Source of the DNA: Psammoneis japonica
Lineage: Eukaryota
Assembly (NCBI GenBank): GCA_008632985.1
Contig: QPGO01000051.1
Coordinates: 425,046 to 483,685 of the forward strand
Length of the DNA: 58,640 nt
Reading direction: 5' to 3'
The translations under genes were made by a program, and so were the position numbers. The notes beneath the pieces are model-generated. The model ran no database searches, was not told where the DNA came from, and saw only the letters and a list, made by a program, of their open reading frames with translations. This document shows, in pieces, positions 48,649-58,640 of the stretch (position 1 is its first letter; the number at the start of each line of letters is the position of its first letter).

Positions 48649-51600
48649 AAAGAAAACAAACATGTCTTTCAAGGAAAACAAACGTGTCATTTCAAGGAAA
48701 ACAAACGCGCGGTTTCAAGGAAAACAAACACATGGTTTCAAGGAAAACAAACATGTCTTTTCAAGGAAAACAAACATGTCTTTTCAAGGAAAACAAACGT
48801 GTTGTTTCAAGGAAAACAAATGTGTGTTTTCAAGGAAAACAAACGTGTGGTTTCCAGGAAAGCAAACATGTCATTTCATGGAAAACAAGCATGTCTTTTC
48901 AAAGAAAACAAGCATGTCTTTTCAAGGAAAACAAACATGTCTTTCAAGGAAAACAAACGTGTCGTTTCAAGGAAAACAAACATGTCTTTTCAAGGAAAAC
49001 AAACATGTTTTTTCAAGGAAAACCAACACGTCTTTTCAAGGAAAACAAATGTGTTGTTTCAGGGAAAAACAAACATGTGGTTTCAGAGAAAACAAACATG
49101 TGTTTTCAAAGAAAACAAATGTGTCGTTTCAAGAAAAACAAACGTGTTGTTTCAAAGAAAACAAACATGTCTTTTCAAGGAAAACAAATGTGTCCATTCA
49201 AGGAAAACAAACGTGTCGTTTCAGGGAAAACAAACATGTCGTTTAAAGACAAACATGTTGTTTCAAAGAAAACAAACACATCTTTTCAAGGAAAACAAAC
49301 ATGTCGTTTCAAGAAAACAAACGTGTCATTTCAAGGGAAACAAACACATCTTTTCAGAGAAAACCAAGGTGTCATTTCATGAAAAACAAACATGTGGTTT
49401 CAAGGAAAACAAACGTGTCATTTCAAGGAAAACAAACATGTCTTTTCAAGGAAAACAAACATGTCTTTTCAAGGAAAACAAAAATGTCGTTTCAAGGAAA
49501 ACAAACATGTCTTTTCAGAGAAAACAAACGTGTCATTTCAAGAAAAACAAACATGTCGTTTCAAGGAAAACAGACATGTCTTGAAAACAAACATGTCGTT
49601 TCAAGGAAAACAAACATGCGTTTTCAAGGAAAACAAACGTGTTTTTTCAAGGAAAACAAATGTGTCTTTTCAGGGAAAACAAACATGTCGTTTCAGGGAA
49701 AACAAAGTGTCGTTTCAAGGAAAACAAACATGTTGTTTCAAGGAAAACAAACATGTCTTTTCAAGGAAAACAAACATGTCTTTTCAAGGAAAACAAACAT
49801 TTCGTTTCAAAGAAAACAAACATGTCTTTTTGATGAAAACAAACATGTCATTTCAAGGAAAACAAACGTGTCATTTTAAGGAAAACAAACATGTGGTTTC
49901 AAGGAAAACAAACATGTCTTTTCAAGAAAAACAAACATGTTGTTTCAAGGAAAACAAACACGTCGTTTCAAAGAAACAAACATGCCATTTCAAGGAAAAA
50001 AATCATGTTGTTTCAAGGAAAACAAATGTGTGTTTTCAAGGAAAACAAACATGTCGTTTCAAGGAAAACAAACATGCCATTTCAAGGAAAACAAACATGT
50101 TGTTTCAAAGAAAACAAATGTGTCTTTCAAGGAAAACAAACATGTGGTTTCAAGGAAAACAAACATGTGGTTTCAAAGAAAACAAACATGTCTTTTCAAG
50201 GAAAACAAACATGTCATTTCAAGGAAAATAAACACGTCGTTTCAAAGAAAATAAACATGCCATTTCAAGGAAAACAATCATGTTGTTTCAAGGAAAACAA
50301 TTGTGTGTTTTCAAGGAAAACAAACATGTCGTTTCAAGGAACACAAACGTGCCATTTCAAGGAAAACAAACATGTTGTTTCAAGGAAAACAAATGTGTCT
50401 TTTCAAGGAAAACAAACATGTTGTTTCAAGGAAATCAAACATGTCTTTTCAATGAAAACAAACATGTGGTTTCAATGAAAACAAACATGTCTTTTCAAGG
50501 AAAACAAACATTTTGTTTCAAAGAAAACAAACATGTCTTTGCAATGAAAACAAACATGTCATTTCAAGGAAAACAAACATGTCATTTCAAGGAAAACAAA
50601 CATGTGGTTTCAAGGAAAACAAACATGTTGTGTCAAGGAAAACAAACATGTCTTTTTAAGGAAAACAAACACGTCATTTCAAGGAAAACAAACGTGTCAT
50701 TTCAAGGAAAACAAACATGTGTTTTCAAGGAAAACAAACTTGTTGTTTCAAGGAAATCAAACATGTCTTTTCAATGAAAACAAACATGTGTTTTCAAGGA
50801 ACCAAACATGTGGTTTCAGGGAAAACAAGCGTGTCTTTTCAAGGAAACCAAACATGTCTTGAAGACGCGTTCCAGGTCTAGGTGGGACCTCGCACTGCTG
50901 AACTGTGACATCGACAGTTTTTTGAATCTCGTCGCATGTTGTGCACGTAGATTTCCATGCCATTTTTTTGATGTTTTGTGTCATTTTACGGCACACTCAT
51001 TGAGCGATCCATCCAAAAACTTTTGACATTTTTTGTTGCAGCGCAATTCTACAATGTCTCAAGAATCGCGTGGGGCAGACGCATTTGCAAAAACGTCGAG
51101 TGGCAAGAGGCACAGTTGCACCACAAACTTGGCCGATTGTTTGATGTTGAAGACAAATGCATCCACCAATTAAATTCTTGTGCTGCGGAGCTCGCACGTA
51201 GAATTCTGTGGGCCCAATGTCACACGGAGTCCCACCCAGGGCTGGAGCGCGTCTGAAAACAAACGTGTCTTTTCAAGGAAAACAAACATGTTGTTTCAAG
51301 GAAAACAAACATGTTGTTCTGAACAAATGCTGGTGTGCTGTCACAAACACAGGCAGCTTGTGTGCTGTTGGCGATTGGCTCTCGTTTCAGGAAAAACAAA
51401 CATGTCGTTCAAAGACAAACATGTTGTTTCAAAGAAAACAAACACATCTTTTCAAGGAAAACAAACATTTCATTTCAAGAAAAACAAACGTGTCATTTCA
51501 AGGAAAACAAACACATCTTTTCAGAGAAAACCAAGGTGTCATTTCAAGAAAAACAAACATGTGGTTTCAAGGAAAACAAACCTGTGGAAAACAAACGTGT

Positions 51601-53340
51601 CATTTCAAGAAAAACAAACATGTCTTTTCAAGGAAAACAAACACGTTGTTTCAAGGAAAACAAACATGTGGTTTCAAGGGAAAACAAACATGTGGTTTCA
51701 AAGAAAACAAACATGTCTTTTCAAAGAAAACAAACATGTCTTGTCAAGGAAAACAAACACGTCATTTCAAGGAAAACAAACATGTCGTTTCAAGGAAAAC
51801 AAACACGTCATTTCAAGGAAAACAAACATGTCTTGAAAACAAACATGTCTTTTCAAGGAAAACAAACATGTCGTTTCAAGGAAAACAAACATGTTGCTTC
51901 AAGGGAAAAATGCCTTTCAAGGAAAACAAACATGTCTTTCAAGGAAAACAAACATGTCGTTCAAGGAAAACAAACGTGTCGTTTCAAGGAAAACAAACAT
52001 GTGTTTTCAAGGAAAACAAACAAATGGTTTCAAAGAAAGCAAACATGTCGTTTCATGGAAAACAAGCATGTCTTTTCAAGGAAAACAAACATGTCTTTTC
52101 AAGGAAAACAAACATGTCGTTTCAAGGAAAACAAAAGTGTCGTTTCAGGGAAAACAAACATGTGGTTTCAAGGAAAACAAACATGTCTTTTCAAGGAAAA
52201 CAAACATGTCTTTTCAAGAAAAACAAACGTGTTGTTTCAAAGAAAACAAACATGTCTTTTCAAGGAAAACAAACGTGTCATTTTAAAGAAAACAAACATG
52301 TGGTTTCAAGGAAAACAAACATGTCATTTCAGGGGAAAAAAACACGTCATTTCAAGGAAAACAAGCGTGTCTTTTCAAAGAAAACAAACACCTTGTTTCA
52401 AAGAAAACAGACATGTTGTTTCAAAGTCACCTCAACAAACATGTCATTTCAAAGAAAACAAACATGTCTTTTCAAAAAAAAACAAACATGTCGTTTCAAA
52501 GAAAACAAACATGTCTTTTCAAGGAAAACAAATGTGACATTTCAAAGAAAACAAACATGTTTTTCAAGGAAACGAATCATGTCTTTTCAAGGAAAACAAG
52601 CGCATCGTTTCAAGGAAAACAAACATGTCGTTTCAAGGAAAACAAACATGTTGTTTCAAGGAAAACAAACATGTTGTTTCAAAGAAAACAAACATGTGGT
52701 TTCAAGGAAAGCAAACATGTCGTTTCATGGAAAACAAGCATGTCTTTTCAAAAAAACAAACATGTCTTTTCAAGGAAAACAAACGTGTCTTTTCAAGGAA
52801 AACAAACGTGTTGTTTCAAGGCAAACAAACATGTCTTTTCAAGGAAAACAAACATGTTTTTTCAAGGAAAACAAACATGTCTTTTCAAAGAAAACAAATG
52901 TGTTGTTTCAGGGAAAACAAACATGTGGTTTCAGAGAAAACAAACATGTCTTTTCAACGAAAACAAACATGTTGTTTCAAGAAAAACAAACGTGTCATTT
53001 CAAAGAAAACAAACATGTCTTTTCAAGGAAAACAAACGTGTCTTTTCAAGGAAAACAAACGTGTCGTTTCAGGGAAAACAAACATGTCTTTCAAAGACAA
53101 ACATGTTGTTTCAAAGAAAACAAACACATCTTTTCAAGAAAACAAACGTGTCATTTCAAGAAAAACAAACGTGTCATTTCAAGGAAAACAAACACATCTT
53201 TTCAGAGAAAACCAAGGTGTCATTTCAAGAAAAACAAACATGTGGTTTCAAGGAAAACAAACCTGTCATTTCAAGGAAAACAAACATGTCTTTTCAAGGA
53301 AAACAAACATGTCTTTTCAAGGAAAACAAACATGTCGTTT
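48648..53340 (+). repeat. Largest 23-bp satellite array (~4.7 kb), consensus TCAAGGAAAACAAACATGTCTTT
   Basis: 23-nt period (23-aa periodic ORFs FQGKQTCLFKENKHVFSRKTNMS); includes MITE 50864-51253 and LTR tip ~51320-51381. Confidence 0.97.
50864..51253 (+). mobile_element. MITE family A (390 bp), TSD TGAA; inverted duplicate of 45063-45453
   Basis: TGAA at 50860-50863 and 51254-51257; flanks match the reverse complement of the 45063 copy. Confidence 0.93.
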
Positions 53341-53746
53341 TGAGCAAATCCAGCTGCCGAATGGCTCAGCTGCTCACAGCATTGGTGTGACAACAATCTG
53401 ACGATCCAAAGACACTCTTGGGCCTGTTGCAACTGCTCGTAACAAGTGAGCGCCATTGGAGGGAAATCCAACGCTTCCCTCCGATGGCACGTCACAACGG
53501 CTGGCTCAGCACCAGCCGTCACCAACAGCACTCTAACAACAGCACTCTAACTAAATCCAACACATCGGATTTCTTTCGGTCCCCTTGAAATGTTTCTAAC
53601 AAGCCAAGGGCGTGCTTGACAGGCACAATTCAACCAATGCAATCAACCATGTCAACACTCCGTGCTGGCCATGGTGCAAACCCTCACTGGGGAAGAAAAT
53701 CACCACCAACCCGATTCCCAAAATCCAAACCCCATTTGCCGCCAAT

Positions 53747-56471
53747 TCAATGAGCGAACTTGTCCAACAGGAAATTGTGACAAATCGAAGTCACAACCTT
53801 TGTGAACAAATCCGCAAGGTTGGTTTCCGCATCCTCCTTTGCTGGGCGAACAGTCCCCGCAGCAACAGCTTCCCTGTTGCGATGGCATGCAATGGAATGA
53901 TGCTTCTTCTTGAGAGCAGACTCCGGGATGGAGCAATTCTTGCACACTGCTTCATTGTCACAGAACACGTTCGTAGAACCTTCAACAGGAACTCCAAACA
54001 TTCGAAGCTTGTGCCTCAGACCTTCAACAAGTTCCACCGCAACCTTGAGTGCCACGATCTCGGCGCCAAAAGCACCAGTCTCCACGGTGTTCTGTCTCTT
54101 CGAACACCAGATGATGGGTGCTCGGCACAGGAATGTCAGAACACCTGCATGACTGCGGCGAGTTGATGCATCACCAGCATGGTTGGCATCCACGAAACAA
54201 TGAGCAGACACAACGTCACCTCGAGGTGGTGGCATGTTGGGGGGAATCGCCTCTTGCGCGTCTCGGCAGAAGTCGAGCCAATCGCACTCCTTGAACCTAG
54301 ACTCGTCGATGACCGGATGCGTAGGATCGAACGCCACCCGACGCTTTGGGACCTGTTTGAGGCATGCACAGACATGCAATGCCTGTTCCAAGTGACCAAT
54401 GCGCGGCAAGGCAAGGTGAGCCGACACACTTGACACTTCCAAAATGACATCGACCCTGCCCAACTCCACGGCCCAAATCAAAACGCCAATCAGCTCTTGG
54501 CAGCAGTTGAGGCCTTCTGCATCCAGTTCGCCCGAAGTGTCCAACTCTGGCTTGTGTCCGCTGCTTGAAGGTGTGCATGCTTTGCTCGGTGGCCGTTTTC
54601 CTTCCTTGGCCAATTTGTCCTCAACATTCCGGACCGCCGCCTTGCAGCAATCTTCTGCTGACATCGTCCAGCAGGCAGCACCATCAGCAAGGTCCATCTT
54701 CGACAACTTGGCGCCCAAGTGGGATTCAGGCTCCGCTGCTTTGTCGTCTTTGAGCTTGAACTTCGACTTGATGCCATCCATGGTCTTCATTGGCTCATGG
54801 CCAATCGACAGCAAGTCGTCGACGTACACCAAGATGCACTCGTAGCACTCGAATCCGTCTGGCTTCACTGCTGGCCTCATCCAAACATCGGGATCAGCCT
54901 TGTTGGGCTTGCATCCTAGATCACAAAGCGTCTCCGCAAGGAAGGCCCTGAATGCCGCGCCGGAGCTCTTCAATCCGTAGAGTGCCCTGACTGCAATCAT
55001 GATCTCACTGCGTTCTGCACCAAACTCTTCACCGGCACGAGTCCAAATTTTCTCTCGGCACGGCGCTGTCAAGCAGGCATTCTGGATGTCGCAGGCAAAG
55101 ACTTGTGAGTCATCAAGCGCGGCAAGTGCAAGGGCAATCCTCACCAAATCCCTGGAAACAACTGAGGAGCAGGCAATGGCAGTTGGGGCATCGGTCATGT
55201 GACCACCCGCAACCATCCCACTCTTGCGCCGAAAGTTCTCTCCCAACTTGATGTCAAAAATCATGTGACAATCGATTTGTTGGCACCCAGGAGGCAGCTC
55301 CGTTTCGTCCCCCTCGAACTTGTCGAACGCAACTCGAACATTCTTCATTTCCAAGCAAATGGCGTCATGCCACAAGGTGTTGCTGTTCGCACGATCGAGC
55401 TCCAGTGCCTCCTTCACAGTCTTGGGAATTCGCGTGCCAAATTTGTGGGTTCTCAACCAATGCTTCGACTTGACCTTCACAATGGAACGCTTGCGGGTCC
55501 TCATTGCGTGCGGAACCCACCAAGCAAACGCCGGCTCCTTCGAGATCTTGCGTTGGATGGCGAGCTCGGCGACCTGGACAGGGAGTCCTTCCTTCGCGTC
55601 CTTTGGGTCAACCCAAGTGGCACTGCCATCCTTCCATTGGAACAAGAGTTCCCATCCTTTCGTGGTCCTGCGCTGCCTCTTGTTGCCTTGCTCAGTTTCA
55701 AAGAAATCGGATTCCGGGACGTCCCATTCGCACGGAAGTCTGTAATCTCATCGAACAGAACATGCCGATTTCCGTCCTCGTCAATCTGTGCAAACATGTT
55801 CATGGCAACAGAGTCAGCTGAAAGTGCTGCAGTGTGACCATCGGGACACTCCACCTGACACATTCGAGTGTCTAGGATTGGGTTGTCGTTGGCTGTCCCA
55901 ATGGGAATGCCACTCGCATCCCTCAACCTCTTCGTTGCACGCGCGAACTCGGGACCATCATCATCTCTCGGCAAAGCCAATTCCATGTTGAGATGACCCC
56001 AATCCGCCGCTTCCGGGGAGGCTTCCTCGTCTTTCTTGTCGTCGTCCTTGTTCAACACATCTTCAGAACTGATGACGCGATCGCACTCATCGAGGAATTC
56101 GTCGTCACACCCAAGATGGTCCTTCCAGTCTTCGGGGCTGATCCTGCGCTCTTCGTCTTCGGGAAACTCTTGGTCACGAAGTCTGCGCTGGATCTCCTCA
56201 TCAAAAGCCTTGAACCGATCTTGATTCTCTTGAGTGCCAGCTTCCAAGTTGGTGACTCGCTGAACAGATGTTCGCGATGTGACACGACCGGTTTGCGTCA
56301 ACACGTGATGTGACATTAGACTGCCAATCCGGTGGGACACTCCGAGCCACCTGCCGAGCTTCTGGTCACCAAGACCAGCGTTCTCCCTGTGCCAAACCCA
56401 ATCGTAGAATCCGAAGTCAAGGTGCTCTGAGATGTCAACAGTTTCGCCAAGCATTTCTTCCAGAGGAACGC
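53747..56471 (-). pseudogene. pol: CoDi-like pol: integrase C-terminus, chromo-like linker, RT, RNase H
   Basis: GRWLGVSHRIG; WKDGSATW; CHMIFDIK, DIQNACL, ALYGLKSSGAAF, LVYVDDLL; FVDANHAGD, FCDNEAV, LKKKH, NLADLFTK; frameshift near 55650. Confidence 0.95.
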
Positions 56472-57038
56472 NNNNNNNNNNNNNNNNNNNNNNNNNNNNN
56501 NNNNNNNNNNNNNNNNNNNNNNNNNNNNNNNNNNNNNNNNNNNNNNNNNNNNNNNNNNNNNNNNNNNNNNNNNNNNNNNNNNNNNNNNNNNNNNNNNNNN
56601 NNNNNNNNNNNNNNNNNNNNNNNNNNNNNNNNNNNNNNNNNNNNNNNNNNNNNNNNNNNNNNNNNNNNNNNNNNNNNNNNNNNNNNNNNNNNNNNNNNNN
56701 NNNNNNNNNNNNNNNNNNNNNNNNNNNNNNNNNNNNNNNNNNNNNNNNNNNNNNNNNNNNNNNNNNNNNNNNNNNNNNNNNNNNNNNNNNNNNNNNNNNN
56801 NNNNNNNNNNNNNNNNNNNNNNNNNNNNNNNNNNNNNNNNNNNNNNNNNNNNNNNNNNNNNNNNNNNNNNNNNNNNNNNNNNNNNNNNNNNNNNNNNNNN
56901 NNNNNNNNNNNNNNNNNNNNNNNNNNNNNNNNNNNNNNNNNNNNNNNNNNNNNNNNNNNNNNNNNNNNNNNNNNNNNNNNNNNNNNNNNNNNNNNNNNNN
57001 NNNNNNNNNNNNNNNNNNNNNNNNNNNNNNNNNNNNNN
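56472..57038. other. Assembly gap (567 N)
   Basis: Run of n. Confidence 1.
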
Positions 57039-58621
57039 GCTCAAGTCAACAGCGGTGACAGAGCTGTGCCGTTCCTTGGACATGAAAGTCTTCGGGGACG
57101 GTGCGTCTTCGAGTTCCGAGCCGATCGTCTCAGTGGCCGCGATCTGAACATCCGCTTCCACCTGGACTGACGCTGTCAATCTTGATTGAACTTGGTCCAC
57201 ACCGCAGACAAGTCTCCTGTCACAACAGTCCCCGGTCTGAGGGTTGCTGTGATCAGGATCCTGACCAAACGCGCAGCTGGGGCTTGACCGAACAGTTGCG
57301 ACCAACCGAGTCAACTCCATTTCCTCCTCCACAGAACGTCGAGGTCTGGATTGCTCAAACTTGACGTTGTGTGGATCCCAAGGTTGTTGGGAGGTCAACT
57401 GGATGTGTGGGCACTCTTGGAGCTCCCTTTCAGTGGGGGTCCGAGTTGCCGCAACGATGCCAGTTCCCATCAACTCAAGGGGCAGCATAAATCCCTTGTC
57501 CTCCGTAAGGACATGCAACGGCGACTCGGAACAGGGGTCATCCTGAACCGTGACACTGAAATGCCTCATCTGATTCGGGTCAAGGAGAGAATTCTCCATG
57601 GAATCTGCCATCCAAAGCCCTTCATGGAATGCCAGGACATGCGTTGCTCCCGTCGCCGGTGAGGTCCACGCAGTGGCCGCCGATGCGATTGGGACACTCT
57701 TGATGGCTTCGCATCCCTCGTTGTAAGGTGATGCGTCGCATTCTCTGCCAGTGCAACCCAAGAGGGTAAAGTTAGAACCAAAAACAGCAGTGTCAGCATG
57801 TGAGTCCAACTCCAGTCGCCCATGCTTTACCTGATCGTCTGTTCGGACGTGAGTGGCACGCGTGTAGTCGTGCCGCAGAGACTCGTCGTGCAGAAGTGGC
57901 AATTTCACAAATGCAACGACAGTCCCCATGAACCAACATTTCTTTCGAACGATGCGGCTGGCCCCCACCCCAATGAAGCAGCCACAATGCAAACTGGATG
58001 AGGCCACATGACAGGGTCCAGCTCAGGAGTCAGCTGCGTTGCTGACGCTCCTGGCATCCCCCAAATGCATCTCCGGCATTGTTGCCGCCTTGACGCCAGT
58101 TCCTGCACCAACCTTTCCGGATCGGTGCCGGCAGTGGTCTCCAAGGAAGAAACAGTGCAGTTTGCTTGCTCAAGCTGGGGCGTCAGCTTCCGATTCTTCT
58201 TTTCAAGCAATCTGACGGATGCAGCGCGGCGCTTCGGGTCACCCGGCTTCTTCTTGAGTCCCAAACGCACACGCTCGTCCATGACCTTCTTCTTGTCTTC
58301 CTTGCTCAATTGATGCCAATTTTTATGAAATCCGGTGTCAATGGACCCATCTTCTTTGCAAATGGAATCACCTTCCTTGCCAACGCCGGATGCAACAGAG
58401 GAAATTGCACGACGGTGCGCAACTGTTTCCGGGAGAGTGGCGACTTTAGCGGCAAGATGGTTGCACGCTGCAGCAAAACTGATCCCTCCTCCGAACTCAT
58501 TCTGCGCCTTCAGGGTCTCTGCTGCGTTCTGCAACTGCTGGTGTTGCACCTTGTCAAACAGCAATCGCAGCTTCTGAGCCTCCGTCTTGGGTTCATCATT
58601 CTCTTCGAAAATGTTGAACAT
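57039..58621 (-). pseudogene. CoDi-like gag C-terminus and protease region
   Basis: ELDSHADTAVFGSNF, HEGLWM, SLLDPNQMRHF, LTSQQPWDP; gag-like KLRLLFDKVQ..WHQLSKEDKKKV. Confidence 0.88.
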
Positions 58622-58640
58622 CTCCCCTGAAGCTTGTTCA

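Larger units (their letters stand above)
53341..58640 (-). mobile_element. CoDi-like Ty1/copia element running off the window; putative 3' LTR 53341-53578, PPT ~53579-53587
   Basis: Imperfect terminal inverted ends tgagcaaatcc / ggatttctttcg; minus-strand caagggga before the LTR; pol and gag ORFs below. Confidence 0.9.

Noticed and set aside
45454..53340. CRISPR-like array
   Set aside because: Units abut with only a few variable bases, no unique spacers, no cas genes, eukaryotic TE context.
48145..53401. Long ORFs (up to 711 aa) in the 23-bp satellite
   Set aside because: 23-aa periodic translations open in several frames because the unit has no stop on this strand; not genes.
56310..57170. 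ORFs spanning the N run
   Set aside because: Artefacts of the assembly gap.
1..58640. Very dense six-frame ORF track as overlapping genes
   Set aside because: Loss of TA removes TAA and TAG stops on both strands, inflating spurious Cys/His-rich ORFs.

Overview
Repeat-saturated, gene-poor eukaryotic window, probably diatom heterochromatin (inferred from CoDi-type copia and RNase H-bearing LINE fragments). No intact host gene, RNA gene or CRISPR array is visible. Contents: (i) a 3-4.6 kb macro-tandem repeat carrying a GGGCACAAA satellite and a (GCGAAAAT)n microsatellite, interrupted by a full-length Ty3/gypsy element (4477-9774), a full-length Ty1/copia element (13427-21014) and a non-autonomous DNA transposon; (ii) tandem decayed paralogs of an unknown acidic protein; (iii) large arrays of a 23-bp satellite with a 390-bp MITE family, a LINE fragment and two broken CoDi-like copia elements, partly arranged as an inverted duplication. 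The most striking signal is near-complete loss of the TpA dinucleotide through TA->TG and TA->CA transitions on both strands. Conserved Tyr codons become Cys/His (YVDD->CVDD, YLDD->HLDD), sister LTRs differ at these sites, and the satellite appears converted from an AT-rich ancestor. This looks like a post-integration, RIP-like but opposite-direction (A:T->G:C at TpA) hypermutation of repeats that I cannot assign to a described pathway. The gypsy element also shows a Tf1-like self-priming signature. All counts are by eye.
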